From assembly GCA_964057225.1 (NCBI GenBank), contig OZ059899.1, positions 7,378,001 through 7,442,000 of the forward strand: 64,000 bases of DNA. Direction: 5' to 3'. Numbering within the stretch: the stretch's first letter is position 1; each line of letters starts with the position of its first letter. The translations under genes and the position numbers were made by a program. Source of the stretch: Auanema rhodensis. Taxonomy: Eukaryota > Animalia > Nematoda. Of this stretch, positions 1 through 12,774 are shown piece after piece. Under the pieces are notes generated by a model. The model made no database searches. It was not told the origin of the DNA and worked only from the letters and a program-made list of their open reading frames with translations.

Positions 1-2214
1 TGTAAAATATGAAATTAGAAAAAAATAATAACAAGTAACAATCATACTTGCAAGTAGATGCTGCTAGACATTCGAGTTGAGCACGAGGAGCGCATTCATG
101 CTCCGCGTTGTGAAATGTGCAATCAGCTGTACAACAGGGATGATTATACGGAGAACATACCGAACCATTTGTGAAACGGCAGTCTGATGTGCAACATTTA
201 TATTCTTTGAAATTAATTGTTATACCCTTAACAGATTACTTGAAAAAAATACCTGTACCATCACAATCTTCGTTCAGCTCAACTACTCCATTTCCACAAT
301 AACTACTACGTTCTTCCTTTAAAATAATTATGATACGAAAAGAACAACTATATTCAAGACGCACCTTGAAACATGATGCTCTATTATGGAGAAATTTACC
401 AATTTGGGCAATGGAGCAATTCGAAAATTTCTAAATTGATTTTTAAGAATATACTTTATCAGGATTCTTACATCGTGTGTTTGTTTCAAACCTGACACGG
501 CTCTTGGTGCCATTATATATTTCTCTTTCACCAAAGTGTTTTTACATACATCTCCGTCGTGAGATGCTCCCCAAGCATGCCCATATTCTAAATACAATAT
601 TTATGCTCAAAAAGAGTGAACTAACAAAATATACCATGTGCAGCTACGATCTCTGTTTCTCTTGAAAGCAAAGGTAAACCAGAAATAAATCCTACTGTAA
701 GCAAAACATTTTGATTTGTTATGTTCTGAAGATTACAAACAATCAAAGACGTATATTAATGTATACTTCAGATATTACGTTCTGTGTGTTGTACTTTCCA
801 CAAATACCGAAATTAGGGGCTTTTCCTTCAAAGGCACAACCTAGCACACCATCATCAGCTAACTGTTTACCAGTAATCAAATGCCTCAGACAGTAGTCGT
901 TCCACATTTCACTTTGGCTAAAAGCCTGAAAAAGATTCATACCAAATTTGTTATCTTATCAATCAAAATAAATGAATTCACATTTAATAAGTCAGTTGAA
1001 TTCCACACTTTACCAGAAAAGTTAAAATGGTTACTGTCGTTTGACGGTGTGTTATGAATTACCATAGCTTCAATTTGCATACCAACATTAACAAATCTCA
1101 AAATAGCAGGTTGAGAAGAATAGTTCACATGAATAGTACCTTTCTGTTATCGGATTATCTTCTTGGTTTGTAGTAAACTGATCAAAATCTGTTCTTGTAA
1201 ATATCTTATTCACTTGAGCAATAAACTTAATCTGAAGTAGATAATATAATAATACGTCATTCCATAAATAATTTACAATATATTTTGATACTCTTGCAGC
1301 ATCAGAACGACCTACTCTTTGAAAGTAATCATAATCGGCGACAACTTTAACACCACAACGATTTTTTTTAACTGGGACGCCAGTCGACTGCTGAAGTTTG
1401 TCAATTTTTAAAACTAATATGAACTTCACTAACGTCTTGCCTCTTCTTTCGGTACTTCGTGAACGGATTAATCGCATCAGAAGAACTGGGAGCATATCTT
1501 TTCTGTATTGCATATAATTAAAATTTGTTTAATTGTTCTCGAGTTGTCTACCATATTTTTTTGTTTATAAAGTAAAACGGATTCGGATCTGGGGCTTTCA
1601 AGCCAATCAGAACCTCGGTAGACTATCATATCACTAAACAATTATACCAGTAAAAGCGCATTTAGTTGCTATCACTGACGATTTCAAAACATTTTTCAAA
1701 TGAATATCTGCAGGCTCAATGAAAATAGTATCGTTACCGGTATTGAGAAAACCAATAAAGACACCAGGTTCCAATTCATGGAGAGTGGCAGTAATGGAAG
1801 GATCATCTGTTTCAAAACCTCAATACTTCAAGTAATTAAAATTTCTATTTACCCGATTTGTATCCTTCATAGCCTGCTAAATCAGAATAGCGTAATATCG
1901 AAGAATCAGTTGCAATTTTAATATTTTTACTCAATGGAGGACGTCCCAACGTCAATTTAATGTTAAAATGTTCCCCTTAAAAATTTTAAGAGTATCCATT
2001 ATTAGTATCTTTTCATACCTAACAAATCAAGTTCAATACTTTCTAAAACTAAGCTTCCAAAACGATAATTACGTTTGATGGATTCGGAAGTAAGAATCTC
2101 ATGCTTAGGCAATGAACAAAACACTAGAAAATTTTTTTCCTTATTATCTTTGAAATTCTACAATAATTTACCTAATTGAAATATAACCACAAAAAACAAA
2201 AAACCTGGGTTCAT
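1..2214 (-). CDS. adm-4: ADAM17/TACE-like disintegrin metalloprotease (multi-exon; 3' part beyond window start)
   Basis: Spliced translation: signal peptide MNPGFLFFVVIFQL|VFCSL (ATG 2214), prodomain (..DTIFIEPAD), CGVKVVADYDYFQRVGR, zinc motif RETEIVAAH|EYGHAWGASHD split by an intron (~588-634), Met-turn YIMAPRAVSG, disintegrin start CGNGVVELNEDCD and CCTSDCRF..CSPYNHPCCTADC. Confidence 0.88.
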
Positions 2215-2646
2215 AGATTGCAAGTTTACAGAGTATTCCTGGCTTTTGAACTATTATGTTCTCCATATTAAAATCAACTTAACAGTTAGTTACGTATTAT
2301 TATTGACCATACAAATAATAAACAATTGGTATGGGTCTTAACACGAACTGCCTGATCCTGAATCTTGTCCTCTGATTCTTGGTTTTCTTTTTGTTATTGA
2401 TTCCAATATATTTAAAAATAAAAGGGACAAATAGAAAAATTAGCTAACTATCAACTCAAAAAGCTTCCATACGAGTATCACTTCATGATGTGCTACCCTT
2501 TTATAATTGCAATACCTTATATGTCTGTATTTGCAAGATTCTAAACTCATCCTTGTCAATTCATCTCTTCTCATTCTTATTCTGTTTTTTGTTTAAACCA
2601 TCTCCAAGTAATTTCTCAACATTAAAATCATAATGCTCTTATAGAA

Positions 2647-4588
2647 ATGGCTGATCTTGCCCAGCATGCCATTCCGGCGGTTGACATGATTAATGCCACC
2701 TCTCGGCTTCAGTTGGAAGCTGCTGAGGTTTGTTTGAAATATTTATTTATGGTTATCATGAATTTGAGTATAGGTAAGAACTAACAAGCCTAATTGGGGA
2801 TCATATTTGCGCTCACAAATGGTTCCTCAGGAAGATTATAATTTCTTCACAGCTTACGAAGCCGCTAAGGTATAGCAAAAATCGGAAACTGACTTTCTTT
2901 GATATTCAGAGCAAAGAAGAGCGAGATGCTGTTTTAACAGCTAATGATGAAAATGGACAAGCTGTTAAAACTATTGTTAATTTGATTACCAATGTTGCTA
3001 AAGACCAAAATGTACGTTATGTACTAACTGTTTTGGACGATATGCTCCAGGTTCGCTAATATTATCTCGATATGCTAGTAAATCTTTGGTTTTGAGGAAG
3101 ACAAGACTCGTGTCGAAATTTTTCATAGAGCAGCTGCCAGAAGCAAGAAAACTGTCTGGTCTTGGTTCTTGGGAATACTCCAAAGACAAGATAACTTCAT
3201 TGTCAACCAAGTATTTCCACGAGATTAATTGTTTTTTATTTTTGAATTACCAGATGAGCTCCATCATAGCTAAACTCGCCTGTTTTGGAACAACTCTTAT
3301 GGAAGGATCTGAACTCAACTATTACTTCTCTTTTCTGAAAGATCAACTTAAGAGCGCTTCTGTAATTTGAAAATTCAATTAATTTTACTTCTGGAACTTT
3401 TAGAGCAATGAGTATATGAACACAACCGCTAGATGCTTACAAATGATGCTTAGAATTGATTCCTACAGGTTTTAAATATAATTTTTGAAAACAATTATCA
3501 TGAAATGATTAGACATGCTTTTGTTTCTGCTGATGGCATTCAAGCTATTGTATCTGCTCTCACTGGCAAAACCAACTTCCAACTTCAATATCAGCTTATC
3601 TTTGCTATTTGGTATTTTTGTTTCATTTATTCAACTATCTAACTATTTTATCGGTAAGGTGTCTCACATTTAACTCTGACATTGCTAAGAAGGCTCCGTC
3701 ATCTGGAGTCATTCAAGCATTGGGGGATATTCTTTCCGAGAGCTCTAAAGAAAAAGTCATCAGAATAATTCTTGCCACATTCAGCAATATTCTCAATAAG
3801 GTTGTTTTAACATTCTTAAGATAATATTATGCTAATCGATACATACAGGTAGAAGAGCGAGAGATCAAGAGAGAAGCTGCTCTCCAAATGGTCCAATGCA
3901 AGACTCTGAAGACCCTTGAGTTAATGGACGCTAAGAAGTACGATGATGCTGATTTGGAGGTACAAGGTACAAAAACGAGTTCGTTTTCACGCATCATATT
4001 CAGGAGGATATCAATTTCCTCAACGAACAACTTCACTTATCTGTACAAGATCTCAGTTCTTTTGATGAATATTGTGCTGAGGTTAGATCAGGAAGACTGC
4101 AATGGTCTCCAGTACATAAGTCAGAGAAGTTTTGGAGAGAAAATGCGGCTAGATTCAACGATAAGGGTTATGAACTACTGAAGTATATATTGTGTAAACA
4201 AAATTTATATATCATTACCACTGTTCAGGATTCTTATTCGTCTTTTGGAAACCAGTAATGATCCATTAATTCGTTGTGTCGCAGCTCATGATATTGGAGA
4301 ATACGTCAGGCATTATCCACGCGGAAAGACGTGAGGGTTTTTCTCATTGGGTCTATCAAAGGTTGTATATTACAGTGTTATTGAACAACAACAAGGAAAA
4401 CAGGCCGTTATGAAACTTTTGTCTGCTGATGATCCAAATGTACGCTATCACGCTCTCTTGGCTGTTCAAAAATTGATGGTTTTAGTTATTTTAAGTTTCA
4501 TTAGGATATTATCTTCTTCTAGGTTCACAATTGGGAATATCTAGGAAAACAAATTGACAATGAAACAGAAGCTGCTGTTGCGAAGTAA
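2647..4588 (+). CDS. vha-15: V-type H+-ATPase V1 subunit H (multi-exon)
   Basis: [90 protein letters not shown]|[13 protein letters not shown] at 4586-4588; AATAAA at ~4717. Confidence 0.95.
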
Positions 4589-5071
4589 ATGTTGCTTAGA
4601 ATGTTATAGAGTTCTATGTATTAGCAGTAAATAGATGCGATCCCTTAACCGTAATGTGATATTATGATCATTCCATGTAATGTATTTTTGTACTGTATAT
4701 TTGGAAACCTAGTACTAATAAAATGTACATTGCCAAATTTTCTTTATCGATTTTTAATATTGAAAAATATAATTCAAAGTTCGATCTAAATTTCTGTTCA
4801 ACTTATTCTTATTTTGCCTGAAGACCAAGAACCAATGATCATGCCCGAATGTTATACATCTCCTCGTTAAGGAAATGAAGGATACTGAAACTGTAAATAT
4901 AATTTGGAAACCACCGAGATTCGTAGAAGAATAATAACAAGCTCTTAATATAACACCAAGCAGTTTCAGAGAAAATACTATAACATCCCCTAGTGCTACT
5001 GTTCACCCCAATATTAAATACAATTTCATAGGTCAACAATTTATGATTTATAACAATTACAGCAAACAAAT

Positions 5072-6233
<1,162 letters not shown>

Positions 6234-6464
6234 CTACAATAGAATAAGATTATTAATTATTATAAAACTATTCTGTACATTGGAATAATGACATTAAAAC
6301 TTTGTAAATACGAATAATCACGATGAGGTATCACAACTTCAACTCATTACAAGCTAATAATCAAAAAATACGAAGATAACCTACAATAAAAACAAAAACC
6401 TTCGATAATTCAAAAAGGAATTTTAGGCAGAAGGCAAAATTTGCTAAATTCTGCTTTTTTGATG

Positions 6465-6475
6465 GATTACGGTAG
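6465..6475. promoter_or_regulatory. GATTACGGTAG motif in the divergent rpl-11 / HMG-CoA lyase promoter
   Basis: The exact reverse complement (CTACCGTAATC) occurs at 55663-55673, upstream of smc-4. Confidence 0.4.
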
Positions 6476-6604
6476 AAATAAGTACATAACATGCGCATCT
6501 AACCAAATTTTGGCACATTGCCAAGAGCTTATACCTTTTAATTGCATTAAAAGAATTAGTTTAATTTGATTCTTCCGGGTATATCTTTTATCATATTTTT
6601 TAAA

Positions 6605-7948
6605 ATGCGATCTTTTCTCCAAAGTGTACCGGTTAATATGCTCAAGTGTCGGTTTTCAACGAATGTAGGTTGCTGAAGTTGATTTTACTAAATTTTCCCC
6701 CAAATATAGATAAAACCATTTAAAGTTGTGGAAGTTGGGGCTAGAGATGGTTTACAAAATGAGAAGGTAAAATAAAAGTTATAATACGAAAAGCATTGGT
6801 ATATTTAGACTATTGTTCCTGTCGATACCAAGGTTTCTTTAATCAATAAATTGAGTGATTGTGGTTTAAAGGTCAGCAAAGGCTACATTGAATTAATATT
6901 CAATTTAATTTTAATTGAAGACTATTGAGGCAACAAGCTTTGTTTCACCTAAATGGGTTCCTCAAATGGCGGATCATAATGAAGTTATCACTAAGATAAA
7001 TAAGAAGGAAGGTGTATCATACCCGGTTTTGGTACCTAATCTTGCTGGTTTCAAAAATGCTGTATGTCTGTTTTGAGTTAGAAAAATAACATTGTAACTT
7101 CCAGTTAAAAAATGGAAATATTAGAGAAATTGCCGTTTTCGGGGCAGCATCTGACTCTTTTTCAAAGTTTGTGTTATATGATTGGTCGTATTGAATTATG
7201 GTATTGTAGAAAAAATGTTAATGCAACTGTGGAAGAAAGCTTAAAAAAATTAGAAGATGTTACTAAGGCTGCTGTTCAGGAGGGTATACTTGTACGTGGG
7301 TATGAAAAATCGGTTTTTTTTTCACAATGTATGTAAATATTTTAAGCTACGTGTCTTGTGTGATCGGATGTCCTTATGAAGGACCTACAAACCCAAATGT
7401 TGTCGCTAAAGTAACAGAATCATTATTATCTTATGGATGTTATGAAGGTTTTGAACTCTTTTATAATATGAAACCTTTGGTTTAGTTTCTCTCGGTGATA
7501 CTATTGGTGTTGGTAGTGCAGGTTCAGTAAGAAGAATGTTGGATAATGTATTGCAATCTGTTGCTGCTGACAAACTAGCTGTACATTTTCACGATACCTA
7601 CGGACAAGCTCTGTCTAATGTCCTCGTCGCTATTGAGGTTCGTAGTGTTATATATTTATATATAAATAATTATCAGAAAGGCATATACGTAGCAGATTCA
7701 TCCATTGCTGGACTTGGGGGATGCCCTTACGCCAAAGGGGCAACAGGAAATGTTGCAACGGAAGACCTGGTGTACTTATTGCACGATCTAGGCTTCGTCA
7801 CGGTATAAATTCTTTTTTACTTTATTTTTTACCGATATTATAGGGAATAAATCTTGGTAAGCTGATTGAAGTTTCCAACTGGATTTGTCAAGAAATGGGA
7901 AGGAAGAATAACTCTCGAGTAGCTAACGCATTATCAGCCAAGTTATAG
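6605..7948 (+). CDS. Hydroxymethylglutaryl-CoA lyase (HMGCL), multi-exon
   Basis: [96 protein letters not shown]; ends ..ALSAKL*. Confidence 0.93.
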
Positions 7949-8022
7949 CTTTTAGTTTTGTTAAATTTTTCTATGAATAAATTTTCTTTATAAACAACAA
8001 TTTATCATTAATAACAACGTTT

Positions 8023-9305
8023 TCACATAGCATCTTGCTGAGCCTTAAGCTGCAAGAGGAATTCCTTCTTCTTGGCGACACGTTCCTTTCTTTGCTCGTA
8101 TGTCAATCTTCTTGGTCCATAGACCTTTGGCTTCTCAATCTTGGCCTTCTTCTTGGCGGCCTCTGGGTTAGCTCTGATGGCAGCGTGAGCCTTCTTGTAC
8201 ATCTGAAAATATATGCTATATGGCTTTTCCTCTAGGTCATGGTACATATGTACTAAAAAACGATCAAGAATATATAGCATTTACCGGGCATCCCCAGAAG
8301 AGACGCCACACGATATACTAATATATGGTTGAACGAACCGAAATAACTCAGGCAGAGTTTTTCGATGTTTCGATGTGGTTCCAAGAACCTCAACCAAATA
8401 CCCAAAAGTGTCAAAAAATATTACCTCTTCAACTGAATCAGCATTGATTCCGTTCTTGATGAATTGAGAGAACTGACGTTTGTAGGCGTCATCGTCTTCT
8501 TCCTTAAGACTCTTCATGTACTCAGCAACGTGCTTTCCAAAAATACGATCGCGATGAGCTTCAGCATTGTATTCCTTAGATTCAGAATCGAATCCGAAGA
8601 AACGGTTCTCACTGGAAATTAGAAAATAAAACATGAAATATTATAATTCTTACCTGTGAGGAACTTCAATACCTCCATCAGCAACACCCTTCATGACAGC
8701 GAAGACCTTGCATCCAGTGGTGGTGCGGGCAAGTCCTACATCAAGGAAGGCCTTGAATGGAGCACGATCACCATCTTGCTCAACGTTGTAGTACTCTCCA
8801 TCAATCTTGAAACTAACAGTGAACGACAATAATTCAATAAAAAATTACCTCTTCTTGTCCCTTGTAGGTATCAGCAAGAGAAAGAACCTTAAGGTGACGA
8901 CGGGCCAAGAGAAGACCGGTGGCATAGGCAGCAGCGTAGTTGGTAAGACCAACCTAGTGAGAATTTAATTTAAAGTCTTTATTTTAAAAATTACCTTGAT
9001 TCCGTAACGAGGAAGCTCATGAGCGTAAGCAGAGGCGACAACGATATCTCCCTCAATCTTGGAATAAGCAATCTAAAAAAAACACAAAAATATACAAATC
9101 CTGAGGAAATACAAACCTGGGCGATGACGTCCTTGTTGGTGAAACGTACAATAAGTCTGTACTTAGGAGTATTGTACTTATTCTTATCCTGGACGGTTAA
9201 ACGCTTTCTGGCATAGTAGTCAGTCTTTCCTTCACGTCTACGCTTCAGCTTAACCTGATAGCGCTTGAAGTAGGCCTTATTTTTAACTACTTTCACGAGA
9301 CCCAT
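8023..9305 (-). CDS. rpl-5: 60S ribosomal protein L5 (uL18), multi-exon
   Basis: [107 protein letters not shown]. Confidence 0.97.
8207..8397 (-). ncRNA. U17/snR30 (SNORA73)-like H/ACA snoRNA, copy 3, in the last rpl-5 intron (8203-8424)
   Basis: Minus strand: 5' stem UGGUUGA/UCAACCA, H box AUAUUA, GUGUGGC..GCCCGGU, m1-like AUAUUCUUG (8265-8273), m2-like AAGCCAU (8220-8226), perfect basal stem AUGCUAUAU/AUAUAGCAU, AUA box (8210-8212). Confidence 0.75.
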
Positions 9306-9585
9306 TGTTACCCTTAAATAATAGTCTTGTGAATTTGACAACTTAAGAAATTAAATAAAAGGATCAGACATAATACATCCAAATAAATAAAAAATATTCA
9401 AAAGTCCTAAAATTTGATCGAAGTCTTATAATTGAAGGTCTACTCTTTGCTTAGGCCTGCCCTTAGCATCTAATACTCAGCGTGGTTCCTGCACGGAAAT
9501 TTCTACAGCGGGTTTGAACTCATGCCTGTATGTTGGAATACTAGAATGTGATTAAATTATAAAAGTATCTTTCAGCTTAAAAAAA

Positions 9586-11142
9586 ATGACAGAATTTAAA
9601 GAAAGTTCTTCTATAAGTAGAAATAGATTTTCAAAATCGGAAGTACGCTGGAGGTTTTGTGAATTTTTGGAATTTAGCTTCTTTTATAGGATAAAGAAAC
9701 AGAAAATCCATGGCAAAATGACCGAAATCTAACTTTTCCAAACGTATCAAGTATTATAATGCTCTCTTGAATTACTTTGAATACAGAAATGAAATCAGTT
9801 TATTTTCACTGTTTCAGACACAAATAACGAGGGTATTTTGGATCAATTGTTTTCGAATCATGAATGTGCTAAAATAGGGTTAGTGTCATTTAGTTAGAGC
9901 ACTTAATTTTTTATATTTAGTGCAGCATATAATGAAGAAGTTACTGTTTTGAGAGACTCTAAATTTGATGGTGCTGAAGACAGAAGCAGAAATTTTTGGT
10001 GGAAAAAATTTCTAAAATTTATTTTTAATAAGTGCTTTTTGTAGGAAATGCGCTAGTAAAAATTATGGTGTAAATTATAATATTTTATCTAAAGAATCTG
10101 TTAAAAAAGATAAAGTATATATTTAGTATTATATTTTTTGAGTATTTTTCCACTATTTTAGACATACGAATCTGTTGAAAAAGTCGAGCATGCCGAGTAT
10201 TACCGGAAATTGGTATGTTCGTTTGAATATGATTCATTTTCTTTTATTTTTTAGTACGAAGATCAGGAAACAAATGCTGATCTTATTGTTTCTAAAACAC
10301 CGTCATTAGTTCACCGAAGTAAATACACGGTATTCTTTTCTTCATTAGTGCTTATCACTGTTTCATGTTATAGGAAGATTTTTCTAGTTATGATTGGTAT
10401 CTGCAAACAAATTCTGCTGATATTAAACGGTTAACAACATTAGACATTCAATCAACCATATGTGCTGCTCTAAATTCAAAGTATACTTTACTATGGTTGA
10501 TAGGAGTTGATGATTCATGCAAAGTTTTTGTTTTCTGAAGTATTATTAGTTAGTATTCTTGTTCAGATAGATGGAGTGCGGTTGAATCGTGCTCAAAGGG
10601 ATACATTTCGTCAGGGCTTTGATTTCGCTCTTTCAAATGAGTTTCTCCCAGCTTTAGATCCAATGTTCACCTCTTTACGTTTTTTGCCGGTTCTCAATAT
10701 TATATTGATTTTAATAATTCATATACGTAGGTAACTCAAGGAATGTATGATGATTTATATGTTGTCGAAATAGCAGTTACTGATGTTGTAGATACAGTGA
10801 GTTCTTTATTGCAACCATAATCTGTTGTACTTAATTCAGCTATATCAACTTTCTTCTGGTCGGATTTATTATGCTGCGGAAGGTCGTCCTAAACAATTAG
10901 AAAGCTTTAATGAGGTTGGATGTTTTTTTGTTTCGTAATAATTTTTGTTATCAAGGCTTATCAAATTCTACTGAGTAACTCGGAAACTAGCACATGTCAT
11001 CATCACGAAAGGTTTATTTTCTTTATAAATATTTCGATTAATTTTTTTTATATTCAGAGAAAATTCTAATACATCTTTTTATGTCGGATTATTAGCTGGA
11101 GTGGCGTTGGGTGCTATTATATACGGTGTTTATAAACGATGA
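9586..11142 (+). CDS. Schlafen-like (AlbA_2 domain) protein with C-terminal transmembrane anchor; SLFL-3/4-like candidate
   Basis: TTTCAG trans-splice-like site at 9570-9575, ATG 9586. Spliced core LDIQSTICAALNSK..IDGVRLNRAQRDTFRQGFDFALSNEFLPALDPMFTSLRFLP|V..LYVVEIAV..LYQLSSGRIYYAAEG follows the SLFNL1/AlbA_2 pattern (CAFLNS..G+....D....D..L..F.P.....L.F+PV....V+.+.V...LY....G.++...G). Ends FYVGLLAGVALGAIIYGVYKR*. N-terminal exons are uncertain. Confidence 0.7.
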
Positions 11143-11324
11143 AGATTTTTGAAAGATATAAGTACTTGTGAATCCATCATGTAAATGATATAAAATGGTT
11201 TTTTAAAATTATTTATTTTTTTCTTTTTTCGATGTACTTTTTTCGTTTTATACCTTCATTTCAAAGCATAATAATAATAATACTAATATATAGAATCGAA
11301 AGTTTTCAATATTTCACAGAGATC

Positions 11325-12726
11325 ATGGTGGGTACAGTCTAAATGAATAATTGGTTATTACATTATTTTAGTCCTTTGCTGGATTTCTTGATATTGCCAG
11401 AAAAGATGTGGATTTACCTATGAATTCTCCTAAATCTCTTCTTAAAGATTTACACTCGCAGTATCTGTACAAGTATGAAACAAGTAAAGATTCTTATGTA
11501 ACAATTTGTGTTTAACTTGAGCTGCTTCTACTCAATTTAGGAATATATTATGGCTGAGCCTTTAAGAATGAGTGGGATATACTGGTGCTGTAGTGCCATG
11601 GATATCCTAGGAGACGTATGAATTGCCTAAAAATTTCATTTATAGTACAATATTTAGATTGATAAAATGTCAGCAAAAGATATTATTGGGTACATGAAAA
11701 GCTGCCAAAATAATGATGGAGGTTTCGCTCCTGCTCCTGGTCACGAAAGTCATTTACTTCATACATTATCTGCTGTCCAGGTGAAGTTTTCATAATTGTT
11801 TGTGTGATAACTTCTATATTTTAAGATCATGATTATATTTAATGCTATTAATGAATTTAACACTGACAAAATCGCTGATTATGTGAAAACTTTAGAAAAT
11901 GACGATGGTAGCTTTGGAGGTGATGCTTCAAGTAAGATTCGTAAATTTTATCATATTTCCCAGGTAATGATTTTCAGATGAAATAGATACACGTTTTTCA
12001 TTCTGTGCTGTTGCCACCCTACATCTGATAAAACATTTGGATTCATTCGATGCTTCTAAAGCTATAAAATATGTGCTCAGTTGCTATAATTTCGATGGTG
12101 GTTTTGGAACAAGGCCAGGATCAGAAAGCCATTCAGGGCAGGTAATTATTTACTTTTCGCTGTTTTGAATGTTATTAAGCCGACTTTTTAAAGGTTTATT
12201 GTTGCTTGGGTTTTCTAAGTGTGACAGGACATCTTGAATCTATTGATTGTAATAGAACGGCTGAATGGTTAGCTCATCGTCAATGCTCTAGTGGAGGATT
12301 AAATGGTTTCATCTGCGTACATGCAATGAAATTATACTTTTTTTGAGGCCGACCTGAAAAACTGCCAGATGTTTGTTATTCGTGGTGGGTACTTGCTTCT
12401 TTGGCTATGTTGAAAAAATTACATTGGATTGATAAGGTATATATTGAGAATAGCTAATCTCTCATATTTTATTTAAGGAGAAAATGAAGAATTTCATTTT
12501 TGCTTGTCAAGACGATGAGCTTGGTGGCTTCGCTGATCGACCAGGGGATTGTGTAAGCTTCCTGTTTTATATTCTGAAAATATAATATACGTTACAGTCG
12601 GATCCATTTCATACTGTTTTTGGTATCGCAGCGTTATCTTTGCTGAAAAGTGTACCCGAACTTGAACAAGTTGATGCCGTATTTTGTATGACAAAGCGTT
12701 GCTTAGAAAACAAAAGTTTATGCTAA
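11325..12726 (+). CDS. ggtb-1: Rab geranylgeranyltransferase (GGTase II) beta subunit, multi-exon
   Basis: First coding exon is ATG only, then [126 protein letters not shown]. Confidence 0.95.
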
Positions 12727-12738
12727 ATAATATATGGG

Positions 12739-12742
<4 letters not shown>

Positions 12743-12770
<28 letters not shown>
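12743..12770. repeat. (AT)n microsatellite
   Basis: Pure AT dinucleotide run just after the ggtb-1 stop. Confidence 0.9.

Positions 12771-12774
<4 letters not shown>

Noticed and set aside
4821-4842. AAGAC..GATCAT resembling the U3 snoRNA 5' end
   Set aside because: Box A' and boxes B/C/C' are missing.
9449-9456. GCCUAAGC on the minus strand as a telomerase RNA template for TTAGGC
   Set aside because: Only 8 nt, buried in a hairpin stem, with no recognisable pseudoknot or downstream H/ACA domain.
9809-10365. CTGTTTCA Ruby (21U-RNA) motifs at 9809 and 10358 (also ~1807 and ~46418)
   Set aside because: Mostly in or next to splice-acceptor tracts, with predicted products falling in exons; too sparse for a piRNA cluster.
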